A stretch of DNA of 63,598 nucleotides, filler included, from Octopus bimaculoides (taxonomy: Eukaryota), in the NCBI RefSeq assembly GCF_001194135.2. It is 3 parts of 2 records of this genome, joined end to end, with 100 filler letters (N's around TTAATTAATTAA, not from the genome) between each part and the next. Parts side by side here need not be neighbours in the genome. Positions count along the whole stretch, not along the records: positions 1 to 3,758 come from NC_069009.1; positions 3,859 to 34,676 come from NC_068986.1; 1 more part is not named here. One strand, 5' to 3'. Under the pieces are notes generated by a model, which saw nothing but the letters and a program-made list of their open reading frames with translations, searched no databases and was not told where the DNA came from. Below, piece after piece: positions 1 through 10,428 of this stretch. Position numbers and translations under genes: made by a program. Each line of letters begins with the position of its first letter. The first letter of the stretch is position 1.

Positions 1-200
1 TATATGGGAGAATTCACGAAAAAACAGCAGACGAAGACAGGTAGTGTAAACAACAAATGGATGTATTAGTATAATGCTCGGGAATAGAGAAAGTCTTTAA
101 CGTTTCGAGCCTACGCTCTTCAACAGAAAGGAACGCAGAAAGAAATAAGGAGAGAAACAAGGAGAGAAAAAAAAGGAGAGGAAAAATATGTGTAGTGGTC
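1..200 (-). mobile_element. Penelope-like element terminal-repeat fragment carrying a hammerhead-like motif
   Basis: Contains the GTTTCGAGC...GCTCTTCAACAG signature (reverse hammerhead core) typical of PLE termini. Confidence 0.45.
95..130 (-). ncRNA. Minimal type I hammerhead ribozyme-like motif, variant core CUGUUGA
   Basis: Minus strand: CTTT CTGTTGA A GAGC gtag GCTC GAAA CG TT AAAG. Stem I is CTTT/AAAG, stem II GAGC/GCTC, stem III the palindrome ACGT, triplet GUU. A6 is replaced by U. Confidence 0.5.
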
Positions 201-354
201 AGCGATCTATCATATATAAATATTTATATATATGTATACAATGTTATATATTATCATATCATATTATATGTCTTTTATCTTTTACTTGCTTCAATCATTA
301 GACTGCGGCCATACTTTTTAGTCGAATGAATTGAACACAAGGACACACACATAC

Positions 355-1005
355 AGGAGATTCAACCTGATACAGAATATAACAAGGTTGGCCGTTTTGA
401 ATTACAGGTACAACTCATTTTGGATCTTTTTGGTTTGACGGGCAACATTTTTCATTTATGTCGTGTTTTTGGTACCGAAACACTTTCAAACTTCGAATAC
501 TTGTATATTTTGTGTTATAGAACAGATAAAAAATTTTATATTCGAAGTTATTTCATGTAAAAAAAATTGTCGTATTTCGGTAATTTCAACCAATCACTGA
601 CGTCTATTGAGGTGAAAACAATTACAGTCGTGGAATGTAAACAACGGTGTCATGGGATCTTTTCCCTTGAATAAAATTAGTGCCGTTGTTTGTCAACAAC
701 AACTATCCGTTGTCAACAACAACTATCAGCGGTATATATTTCGTTTGTCACTGTTATTTATGACATCGTTCGTGCGTTTGTACTGGTTTTAGGGTTAGGG
801 TTCGGGTTTTAGAGTTAGGGTTAGTTTTAGGATTAGAAAACAAGTGTTGCCCGTCAAACCAAAAAAGATCCCTCATTTTTGCTTGCTGAGTGAACTGAAG
901 CAACGTGGAATAAAGTGTCTTGCTCAAGGACACACTGCGCCGCCGGGAATCGAACTCACGAGTTTTGTGAACCGAATACCTTACCCACTTAGCCACGCTC
1001 CTTCA
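355..1005 (-). mobile_element. tRNA-derived SINE (family C, CORE-like 'agtgtcttgctcaaggacac' block), split by the 422-871 MITE
   Basis: Head at ~950-1005 has A box TGGCTAAGTGG and B box GTTCGATTCC on the minus strand. The body matches the uninterrupted copy at 41390-41680. Confidence 0.8.
422..871. mobile_element. 450-bp MITE with GGATC termini, ~26-bp TIRs, 8-bp TSD CTCATTTT and internal TTAGGG-like repeats
   Basis: TIRs at 422-447 and 845-871 (one indel). TSD at 414-421 and 872-879. Degenerate TTAGGG/TTTTAGGG units at ~789-835. Confidence 0.88.
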
Positions 1006-1066
1006 ACAGCGCTCACCAGACGATAAGGACGACAACGACAGCAACAACAAGAAGGACGATGCTTAC

Positions 1067-1183
1067 CTTCACAGTGTGTCCAGTTCATTAGTTGAAATCC
1101 TTGCTGACACGTACAGACGTAGCCGCCGATGGTGTTGCGACAGCCATCACTGCAGTCGTGAACTTCGGTGCATTCATCGATAT
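1067..1183 (-). CDS. Internal exon encoding a calcium-binding EGF-like domain (DIDECTEVHDCSDGCRNTIGGYVCTCQQGFQLMNWTHCE-G)
   Basis: Minus strand reads ...cccatcag|AT ATC GAT GAA TGC...TGT GAA G|gtaagc. The exon is 117 nt, phase 1-1, with six Cys in EGF spacing, the D-I-D-E-C calcium-binding start and C-x-N-x-x-G-x-Y-x-C motif. The multi-EGF family (fibulin/fibrillin/SCUBE/LRP-like) cannot be resolved. Confidence 0.93.
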
Positions 1184-1189
1184 CTGATG

Positions 1190-2135
1190 GGATAAAGAGA
1201 GAGGGAGAGGAAATGAGAGAGAGAGAATTAGAGAAAGAGAGTGAGAGAGAGGGAGATAAAGACAATGAGAGAAAGATAGAGAGAGAGTGAGAGAGTGAGA
1301 GAGTGAGTGAGAAAGAGAGAGAAAGAGAAACAATGAGAGAGAAAGAGAGAGACAATGAGGGAGAACGTGAGAGAAAGAGAAAGAGTGAGTGAGTGAGTGA
1401 GAAAGAGAGAGAAAGAGAAACAATGAGAGAGAAAGAGAGAGGAAATGAGAGAGAGAGAGAAAGAGAGAGACAATTAGAGAAAGAGAGAGAGAGAGGGAGA
1501 TAAAGACAATGAGAGAAAGAGAGAGAGAGAAAGAAAGAGTGAGAGAGTGAGTGAGGAAGAGAGAGAAAGAGAAACAATGAGAGAGAAAGAGAGAGACAAT
1601 GAGGGAGAACGTGAGAGAAAGAGAAAGAGTGAGTGAGTGAGTGAGAGATATAGACAGAGAAAGAGAGAGAGAGATAGACAATTAGAGAAAGAGAGAGAGA
1701 GAGGGAGATAAAGACAATGAGAGAAAGAGAGAGAGAGTGAGAGAGTGAGTGAGAAAGAGAGAGAAAGAGAAGCAATGAAAGAGAAAGAGAGAGACAATGA
1801 GGGAGAACGTGAAAGAAAGAGAAAGAGTGAGTGAGAGATATAGACAGAGAAAGAGAGAGAAAGAGAAAGAAGGAGAGACAGAGCGAAAGAAAGATAAAGA
1901 GAAAGAGAGAGAAAGAGAAACAATGAAAGAGAAAGAGAGAGACAATGAGGGAAAAAGTGAGAGAAAGAGAAAAAGTGAGTGAGAGAGAGAGAGAGAGAGA
2001 GAGAGATTGACAGAGAAAGAGAGAGAAAGAGAAAGGGAGAGAGAAGGAGAGACAGAGAGAAAGAGAGAGAGACAATGAGAGAGTGAATGAGAGACAGAAA
2101 GACAGAGAGAGTGAAAGAAAGAGTGTGAGAGAGTG
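1190..2135. repeat. Compound (AG)n-based minisatellite with higher-order units of ~150-245 bp
   Basis: Nearly pure purine on the plus strand. The landmark GACAATGAGGG recurs at 1351, 1595, 1793 and 1941. Confidence 0.9.
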
Positions 2136-2388
2136 AATGCGAAACAAATACACAAGTATGTATGTCTGTGTGTGAATATAACTTTATTACGTTCCCTGGG
2201 GTGTCTACACAGTACAGATGAAGGCGCGGCTGTGATTGAGAAGCTTGCCTCCTAAACATTGGGCAAAGCATTGGTCGGCCCGAGCAATAGTTGGCCAACT
2301 ATTGCTTCCGGCCGACCAATGCTTTGTAAGCACTCCTACATTATTCGCCCGACAAAAACTGTCACACGTACGTGCGTGTATATATATA

Positions 2389-2425
<37 letters not shown>

Positions 2426-2634
2426 ATGTATGTATGATTTAGTTATGAGGATTTTTAAGAATCAAGGCACATCTTGCTCGCTTAAAATTGTGCCTGATGA
2501 TGGTGGAATCTGTATAATAATGTCATCTTTTATAACTGCATTAATGAAAATTCTACCGAAACAGCTGTTGTAAATTTTAAACGCCATTTGTGTTCAGTTT
2601 TATACATTCACACACACACACGCACACACACACA

Positions 2635-2681
<47 letters not shown>

Positions 2682-2997
2682 NNNNNNNNNNNNNNNNNNN
2701 NNNNNNNNNNNNNNNNNNNNNNNNNNNNNNNNNNNNNNNNNNNNNNNNNNNNNNNNNNNNNNNNNNNNNNNNNNNNNNNNNNNNNNNNNNNNNNNNNNNN
2801 NNNNNNNNNNNNNNNNNNNNNNNNNNNNNNNNNNNNNNNNNNNNNNNNNNNNNNNNNNNNNNNNNNNNNNNNNNNNNNNNNNNNNNNNNNNNNNNNNNNN
2901 NNNNNNNNNNNNNNNNNNNNNNNNNNNNNNNNNNNNNNNNNNNNNNNNNNNNNNNNNNNNNNNNNNNNNNNNNNNNNNNNNNNNNNNNNNNNNNNNN

Positions 2998-3056
<59 letters not shown>

Positions 3057-3285
3057 TGTATAATTATGTATACATAGATACGTACACGCACACACACACA
3101 CACACAAACACACACATATATATATATATATACACTCTCTCACACACACACATACCTATAGGCATGCATACATACGTGCACAGAGTTTAAAAGAAAAGCT
3201 GGTCATTCGTGGAGCATCTGTTGAGCAGGACTGATCTGGAGAGAAGCGACAGCAACATCGACTAGAACAACATCCATATACGTAC

Positions 3286-3405
3286 CTCTGCAGTGGACGT
3301 TATCTACTAGACGGTATCCTTGGTTACAGTCACAGTTGTAGCTACCCGGGATGTTGTGGCAAATGTGTTCACAGCCACCGTTGTTCTCGGCGCATTCGTT
3401 GTTGT
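3286..3405 (-). CDS. Internal exon encoding a calcium-binding EGF-like domain (DNNECAENNGGCEHICHNIPGSYNCDCNQGYRLVDNVHCR), upstream neighbour of the 1067-1183 exon
   Basis: Minus strand reads ...ttgcag|AC AAC AAC GAA TGC...TGC AGA G|gtacgt. The exon is 120 nt, phase 1-1, with the NGGCEHIC-N-GSY-C-C-GY-L motif. It splices in frame to 1183 (G|AT = Asp). Confidence 0.94.
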
Positions 3406-3454
3406 CTGCAAGTAATAACAACAGCAACAGCAATTATAACAACAACAACAATCG

Positions 3455-3626
3455 TTTCTACTATAGGCACAGGGCCTAAAATTATTGGTGAGGAAGATGC
3501 CTAGTCGATTGCATCGACCACAGTTGCTCAACTGGTGCTTATTTTATCGATTTCCGAAAGGATGAAAGGCAAAGTCGACCTGGGCGGAATTTGAACTCAT
3601 AACAATTCCGCCAGCTCGCTGCCTTT
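3455..3626 (-). mobile_element. tRNA-derived SINE (family A), internally deleted
   Basis: Contains the family A hallmark gaaaggatgaaaggcaaagtcgacc and the head ccagctcgctgcct. Confidence 0.8.
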
Positions 3627-3666
3627 AATAATAATAGTGATAATAATAATAATAATAATAATAATG

Positions 3667-3728
<62 letters not shown>
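3626..3728. repeat. (AAT)n microsatellite
   Basis: Direct reading. Confidence 0.95.
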
Positions 3729-3729
<1 letters not shown>

Positions 3730-4401
3730 GCAACCAGGCCTTTCGCGATAGCCTTTTTNNNNNNNNNNNNNNNNNNNNNNNNNNNNNNNNNNNNNNNNNN
3801 NNTTAATTAATTAANNNNNNNNNNNNNNNNNNNNNNNNNNNNNNNNNNNNNNNNNNNNCAGCAAGGGTGAATACATTATAAATTAGTTGTTATCTTTTAT
3901 AAAACCTTTAAAAAAATTAATTTTTTAAAAAATGGCGGTAACTTAGTTGCCAACCCAATATATTTTTTCTTATATATGTGTGATTGTGTACACATACGCA
4001 CTCGAATCCACAAATCTCACGGTTTCGACGTCATTAATCGGAGACGAGATACGAACTCGCTCCCGGAGAGGAGTGATGATGTATCTTACAATGAATGACA
4101 TGATTCGAACAGGCCAGAACTAGACCCCCGATGGGATTCGAATCGGTACAAAATTTCGATAAGAGGAATTTTCTTATCGAATCTGGGAAACTGCATAAAC
4201 TCGATTATTGGAAAAATCTGTGGAGCGAATTGTTTATATTAAAAACAAACATGAAGCCAACATTCGTGACTTGTGAAGGAGTCGAACATGCACACATATT
4301 TAATTTTGTGAGTTATTTAATTTGATATCTCAAACCTTGTTCCTTATTTGTACGCGCGCACACCCACACGCATGCATATATCTATATGTGCTTGTGCGTG
4401 T

Positions 4402-4433
<32 letters not shown>

Positions 4434-4647
4434 ATGTATATGTGTGTTTGTGTGTCATCATTTACACATGCACAGATACATAGATATATGTATGTCCCAC
4501 TTTCTCTCTCCCTCTCTCTCTCCCTTTCTGTATATATGTCTATTTATTTATGTCTCTCTCTCTCTCTCTCTCTCTCTATGTATGTATATATATATATTTA
4601 TATGTATGTATGCATGTATGTCTATCTATCTATCTATCTATCTATCT

Positions 4648-4765
4648 TGTGGTTAAAGTGTCGGAATCCTGATCGTAAGAATGTGGTTTCGATTCCTGGA
4701 CTGGGCAGCGCGTTGTGTTCTTGAGGAAAACACTTCTTTTTCACCTTGCTCCAGAGCACTCAGCT
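4648..4765 (+). mobile_element. SINE family C 5' part, truncated by gap
   Basis: gtggttaaagtg...ggtttcgattcctgg (B box)...ttgtgttcttgaggaaaacact (CORE-like block). Confidence 0.7.
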
Positions 4766-5589
4766 NNNNNNNNNNNNNNNNNNNNNNNNNNNNNNNNNNN
4801 NNNNNNNNNNNNNNNNNNNNNNNNNNNNNNNNNNNNNNNNNNNNNNNNNNNNNNNNNNNNNNNNNNNNNNNNNNNNNNNNNNNNNNNNNNNNNNNNNNNN
4901 NNNNNNNNNNNNNNNNNNNNNNNNNNNNNNNNNNNNNNNNNNNNNNNNNNNNNNNNNNNNNNNNNNNNNNNNNNNNNNNNNNNNNNNNNNNNNNNNNNNN
5001 NNNNNNNNNNNNNNNNNNNNNNNNNNNNNNNNNNNNNNNNNNNNNNNNNNNNNNNNNNNNNNNNNNNNNNNNNNNNNNNNNNNNNNNNNNNNNNNNNNNN
5101 NNNNNNNNNNNNNNNNNNNNNNNNNNNNNNNNNNNNNNNNNNNNNNNNNNNNNNNNNNNNNNNNNNNNNNNNNNNNNNNNNNNNNNNNNNNNNNNNNNNN
5201 NNNNNNNNNNNNNNNNNNNNNNNNNNNNNNNNNNNNNNNNNNNNNNNNNNNNNNNNNNNNNNNNNNNNNNNNNNNNNNNNNNNNNNNNNNNNNNNNNNNN
5301 NNNNNNNNNNNNNNNNNNNNNNNNNNNNNNNNNNNNNNNNNNNNNNNNNNNNNNNNNNNNNNNNNNNNNNNNNNNNNNNNNNNNNNNNNNNNNNNNNNNN
5401 NNNNNNNNNNNNNNNNNNNNNNNNNNNNNNNNNNNNNNNNNNNNNNNNNNNNNNNNNNNNNNNNNNNNNNNNNNNNNNNNNNNNNNNNNNNNNNNNNNNN
5501 NNNNNNNNNNNNNNNNNNNNNNNNNNNNNNNNNNNNNNNNNNNNNNNNNNNNNNNNNNNNNNNNNNNNNNNNNNNNNNNNNNNNNNNNN

Positions 5590-5625
<36 letters not shown>

Positions 5626-5970
5626 TGTGTATTACTTGGCTTGTTAGTATATGTGGCACTACATTTTGCAGTGCATTGTTTCCTAATTTAAGCCGCTAGG
5701 ATGTGATTTGCGGGATTGTTTGCTGCTATATCCTACATCTCACACTCGTGCAGTTGCCTTCCTTCTTTGGTTCGAAGTAAAATTTGGTGTTGTCATGTAA
5801 TCTCAGATCAAGAGCAGTCGATCTGTTAACATTAAGAAAGTGTCAGCTAATGTAAGTCCCATGTAAAGAAAAAAGAAAAAAATCACTAGATCTATATTTT
5901 CTGACATTTTAAATTTTGTGTTCATGTGTTTAAAACTACTATCAAACAAGAAAATGAAAGTGTTACATAC

Positions 5971-6197
5971 TCTCTTTACTCTTTTACTTGTTTCAGTCAT
6001 TTGACTGTGGCCATGCTGGAGCACCGCCTTTATTCGAGCAGATCGACCCCAGGACTTATTCTTTGGAAGCCTAGTACTTATTCTATCGGTCTTTTTTGCC
6101 GAACCACTAAGTTACGAGGACGTAAACGCGCCACCATCGGTTGTCAAGCGATGTTGGGGACAAACACAGACACACAAACACACACACATACACACAC

Positions 6198-6228
<31 letters not shown>

Positions 6229-6400
6229 CATATATACGACGGGCTTCTTTCAGTTTCCGTCTACCAAATGCACTCACAAGGCTTTGGTCGGCCCGAGGCT
6301 ATAGTAGAAGACACTTGCCCAAGGTGCCACGCAGTGGGAATGAACCCGGAACCATGCGGTTGGTAAGAAAGCTACTTACCACACAGCCACTCCTGCGCCT
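5971..6400 (-). mobile_element. Full-length tRNA-derived SINE (family B, with internal TA/CA microsatellite)
   Basis: Reverse complement matches 54419-54868 from the head (ggagtggctgtgtggtaag) to the tail (cagtcaaatgactgaaacaagtaaaagag). Confidence 0.88.
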
Positions 6401-7398
6401 ACATGTGAAAATAAGTGTTAAATCTCCCTGAAATTATAATTTAACTTTCTTAAAAAGAAGTGTTAGAAGGGATACATGCTACATTGTATTCTTGGATGGG
6501 TCGGAGTGATTAGAGTTGTAGCGCATTTTAACATGTGTCAATAAACAATAAAACCATTACAAGTCTAGTGAATCTTGTATATCAGTGCTTTCTCTTGCTG
6601 GTGTAGCAGAAATAGGTTTTCGAAAGCAAAAAAGGGAAAAAAGGAAACAAAACATATAGCTATTGCATTTATCTGTTATAAGAAAATGAATAGTCATATC
6701 GATGACAAAAAGGCCAGAAATGTTTATATAAGCAGCAACAACAATTTTCTAAACAATATTCATCCATTTTACAAATATATTAGCAGCCGTAAATATTCGT
6801 GACATTCAACTCCAAGAAGAATTGCAATGTAGAAATGTTCTTGTGCTCTACTCAATAACGTGCTGCGAAGATAATAAATGCGTGCTGGCTTTAACATGGC
6901 TTCTGCCGTTTTCGACAAGTCTTCAGTAAATAGTTATGATTGAATTTTCGGACACTACGATGTGATGTGTCGCTTAAACAGTTCGTTTAATTAACTTGTG
7001 GACACTTTTATCAACGAAAACTTATTGAGAGAATGAACTCAGTAAAAGAAAAGTAAGAAGCTCCATAGCAGTCTGCTAGCGAAGAACACTAGTTAAATAA
7101 ATCATATCGGTGACAGAGAAATACATTGGGAAGAAGAACTAAAGAAATATAGAGCGACAAGGTGGGATAAATTCCTACCTACGACAGCAGTGGATTCAGT
7201 CTTTCATACATACAGCAAGACAGTTTCACCTAATTCACTTGAGTTTTAACAACTGTATCAATAAATTTAAAACTTTTAGTTAGTTGCAGAACTTAACTTA
7301 GCTTTCGTGTTGCTAATATAACGATTTTCAATATATAAATTCGTTTAGTACATGCACATTTATAATTTATAGCTACTCAAGCAGACACACGCACACAG

Positions 7399-7454
<56 letters not shown>

Positions 7455-7689
7455 NNNNNNNNNNNNNNNNNNNNNNNNNNNNNNNNNNNNNNNNNNNNNN
7501 NNNNNNNNNNNNNNNNNNNNNNNNNNNNNNNNNNNNNNNNNNNNNNNNNNNNNNNNNNNNNNNNNNNNNNNNNNNNNNNNNNNNNNNNNNNNNNNNNNNN
7601 NNNNNNNNNNNNNNNNNNNNNNNNNNNNNNNNNNNNNNNNNNNNNNTATATATATATATATATATATATGTATATGTATATGTAATTCC

Positions 7690-8541
7690 CGGGAAAGCAG
7701 GGGCTTATCCCTTGGTTCCGTTCTCATAAGTGCTTCTCTAGTCCAATAACAACAATACAAAGTATGTAGCCCTTAAAGCGGTTTTTGTGCATTTACAGAG
7801 AATACCAAACTGTCTTACACGGGATCTTGTTTTTCGGAATTCCCTGTAAGTTTTGAATACCCAAATTGGGAAGTCAGTTATGTAATAACATGAAATTAGT
7901 TACCCGATAGTAAGAATTCAAATAAAGTAGCCAGGAATAGGGCTTTAATGCGTTCCCAGAGTATATAGAACTTAGGAGGGAATACTAATAAGGTATTTTT
8001 ACTAAAATCGTGAAGCATGTTAAGTAATAACATAATATGAGATATTATCAGATATGTGATGATAACAATTCAAAGTAAATAACTCTGAAAAGGGCTTTTT
8101 TGCATTCCCAGAGAATATTACCCTCAGCGGCGCTAGTGTTGGTATATTCATGAATAAGTCACTAACCGAAATAAGTGGATTTACTGTTTAGGAAAATACT
8201 ATTTACTTTTCTAAAGGTTGTACTGGATAAATTGCGAAAATAAATGTAACAATTCAAATACTAAGAAATAAGCATATTCAATTTGATTTATACCAAATGA
8301 TTTAGGAAAATGAATGGGTTATTTCCCTTGGATGTTAAAATGAAATATATTAGAGATATATATAAGGATCCCTTCCAGGGGCCTTGTTATCGATTTTTTT
8401 TTCAACAATCTGAATATTCTATGAGGTTTCCAGTCATGAGTTCTACTCAAGTGTCAAGTTTCATCAAAATCGATAAAATGATGTAGAAGTTAGATAATAA
8501 CTCCGCAAACAGACCCACAGACAGAATTTCCCACATATGTA

Positions 8542-8545
<4 letters not shown>
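7690..8545 (-). mobile_element. Possible non-autonomous Helitron-like element
   Basis: Ends in caagtttcatcaaaatcg...caaacagacccacagacaga...catatgtagtatg, resembling non-autonomous Helitron termini with ACAG repeats. Termini are not clean. Confidence 0.35.
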
Positions 8546-8596
<51 letters not shown>

Positions 8597-8598
<2 letters not shown>

Positions 8599-8960
8599 AG
8601 TGGATCAGGAACCTTTCCTCCAGCCAAGAGATTTTTGATGCAGCATTCCCCTACTATAACGAGGCCCTAACTGCTAGCCGATTTAGGGCCCACATTTCCT
8701 ACATGCCGGGCCCCAACATCCATAGAAGGAAGTTCCACAGAAATATAATTTGGTTTTCCCCCACCTTCTCCCTAAATGTAAAAACGTCTGTAGGTAGGAT
8801 ATTGCTTAAGTTAATGGATAAACATTTCACATAGATACAGACGCATTTTCAACAGGTACAAATTTCGTTTCCAGTGAATCTAGCTGATGAAGACTAACCA
8901 AATTTATGATAACAAGCGTATTAGAAAAGTCTTAAACTCGAGTACTAGATTATCCACTCT
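8597..8960 (+). mobile_element. Penelope-like element fragment (RT thumb/linker) joined directly to a terminal hammerhead; endonuclease missing
   Basis: Translation NLSSSQEIFDAAFPYYNEAL...RNIIWFSPTFSLNVKTSVGRILLKLMDKHF is homologous to the 21614-22395 PLE region. Confidence 0.78.
8877..8951 (+). ncRNA. Type I hammerhead ribozyme motif with G12U substitution
   Basis: AATCTAG CTGATGA AGACT(32 nt)AGTCT T AAA CTCGAG TA CTAGATT. Stem I is a perfect 7 bp, stem II 5 bp, stem III the palindrome ACTCGAGT, triplet GUA. Confidence 0.65.
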
Positions 8961-9500
8961 AGGTTGTCCATCTATCTGATTTTCCTACAAAAGGTAAGAC
9001 GAGAATTTTTTTATATTCGTTGCCCGCACACATTTTTGCCAGTGAAGCTTTACATAGTGTCGTACGGTTATCGACTGTTATTTCCAGCGAACATTGGTGC
9101 TTTGTTGTAACACTATTTTCTATTTAAAATTCTACATTTACGGTGCTGGAAAATAGCAAGTATTGCAATAATATTTATAATTTATATACGTATATACATA
9201 CGTATATATATATATATATATTCAATAATAGGATAAAAATCTTTTACAAGGATTTTATCAGGAAGCTAGTGTGGAAAAAAATTCATAAGGGAAATTTCTA
9301 TTCCTAAGAATATAATTATTCGTTTATATTTATATAAGGTCATTACTACAGAATAATGCCACACACTAGACTTCACAAATAAAATGTGTTTATTTGCGAA
9401 GTAATGCCCTTATATATATATATATATATATAACATAGGGTATAATTATAAACAGAGCAAATTTTAGCATTTCTCCACCGACTGTAAAAATTCATGAACA

Positions 9501-9543
9501 ACCTTAATAGATTTTCGAACTTTACTTGGTTCTCATCAGAGGC
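9501..9543 (-). ncRNA. Minimal type I hammerhead ribozyme motif, intact core
   Basis: Minus strand: GCCT CTGATGA GAAC caagtaaa GTTC GAAA ATCTAT TA AGGT. Stem II is GAAC/GTTC with G10.1-C11.1, stem III is near-palindromic (AATCTATT), triplet UUA. Confidence 0.7.
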
Positions 9544-9717
9544 GTCCACATCATTCTGACAGTCTCAGGGGAAAAAAAGTAACCAAACTGTTTATCTACT
9601 CAACAAATGCAGCAGTTACTCTATGAGGGTGTCCCTAATTTGCATATATGTATACATATATATATATATGTGTGTGTGTGTATAGATAGATATATATATA
9701 TTATTGTGCAATAATTC

Positions 9718-9933
9718 TTTTTACTATAGTTACAAGGCTTAAAATTTTTGTAGGGTGGGTGGGTTATTCAATTACATCACTCCCACTGCTCAGTTGATAC
9801 TTATTTCATCGACTTCGAAAGGAATGTAGGTAATGTCGATCGCAGCGATATTTGAACTCAGAATGTAAAGTCGGAAGAAATGCTGCAAGGCCTATTGTCC
9901 GACGTGTTAACGATTCTGCCAGCTCGCCACCTT
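9718..9933 (-). mobile_element. SINE family A copy
   Basis: gatacttatttcatcgacttcgaaagg...tttgaactcagaatgtaaag...aacgattctgccagctcgccacct. Confidence 0.82.
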
Positions 9934-10144
9934 CAAAATATTGTGTAATAATTAAAGTACAGAAAAATGTCAGTCATATCTGATAAGAGGAAATTACGTT
10001 GAGTTAAAACATTTGAATATAAAATGTAAGTCCTTCGCCGAATGAAAGCTAGTGAAGAGCAGTCTAAAGGCAGTTCTGAATACATAAAGTTCGAAGAGAA
10101 AGCTTTATTAGGGCCGTCGTGATGCTAAATAACAAAGACCACAA

Positions 10145-10289
10145 AAACTACTACTGCTACTACTATTACAGCTGATAATGATGATGATACTACTACTGCG
10201 GCTGTTACTACTACTACTACTACTACTACTACTGCTACAGCTGATGATGATGACGATACAACTGCTACTGCTCTTGCTACTACTACAGC

Positions 10290-10320
<31 letters not shown>

Positions 10321-10390
10321 ACAACTGCAACTGCTGCTGCTACTACTGCTACTATAGCTTATGATGATGATGATGATGATACTACTGCTG

Positions 10391-10427
<37 letters not shown>

Positions 10428-10428
10428 A
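10145..10428. repeat. Compound trinucleotide array alternating (TAC/TGC)n and (GAT)n blocks
   Basis: Four repeats of the pattern (TAC)n-AGCT-(GAT)n-AC. Confidence 0.9.

Noticed and set aside
789-835. TTAGGG repeats as a chromosome end or fusion site (also 61701-61746)
   Set aside because: They are short, degenerate and enclosed within TIR/TSD-bounded MITEs.
981-2298. Long Ser/Leu-rich ORFs (390, 274, 197 aa)
   Set aside because: They are translations of the (CT)n minisatellite. Only the 117-nt EGF exon within them is supported by splice sites.
3803-3814. Isolated TTAATTAATTAA between N runs (also at 34721-34732)
   Set aside because: An identical 12-mer with stops in all six frames, floating inside two separate gaps, is almost certainly an assembler or scaffolding spacer rather than biology.
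4681-5699. ORFs of 300+ aa spanning N runs (and similar ones at other gaps)
   Set aside because: They are open only because Ns contain no stop codons.
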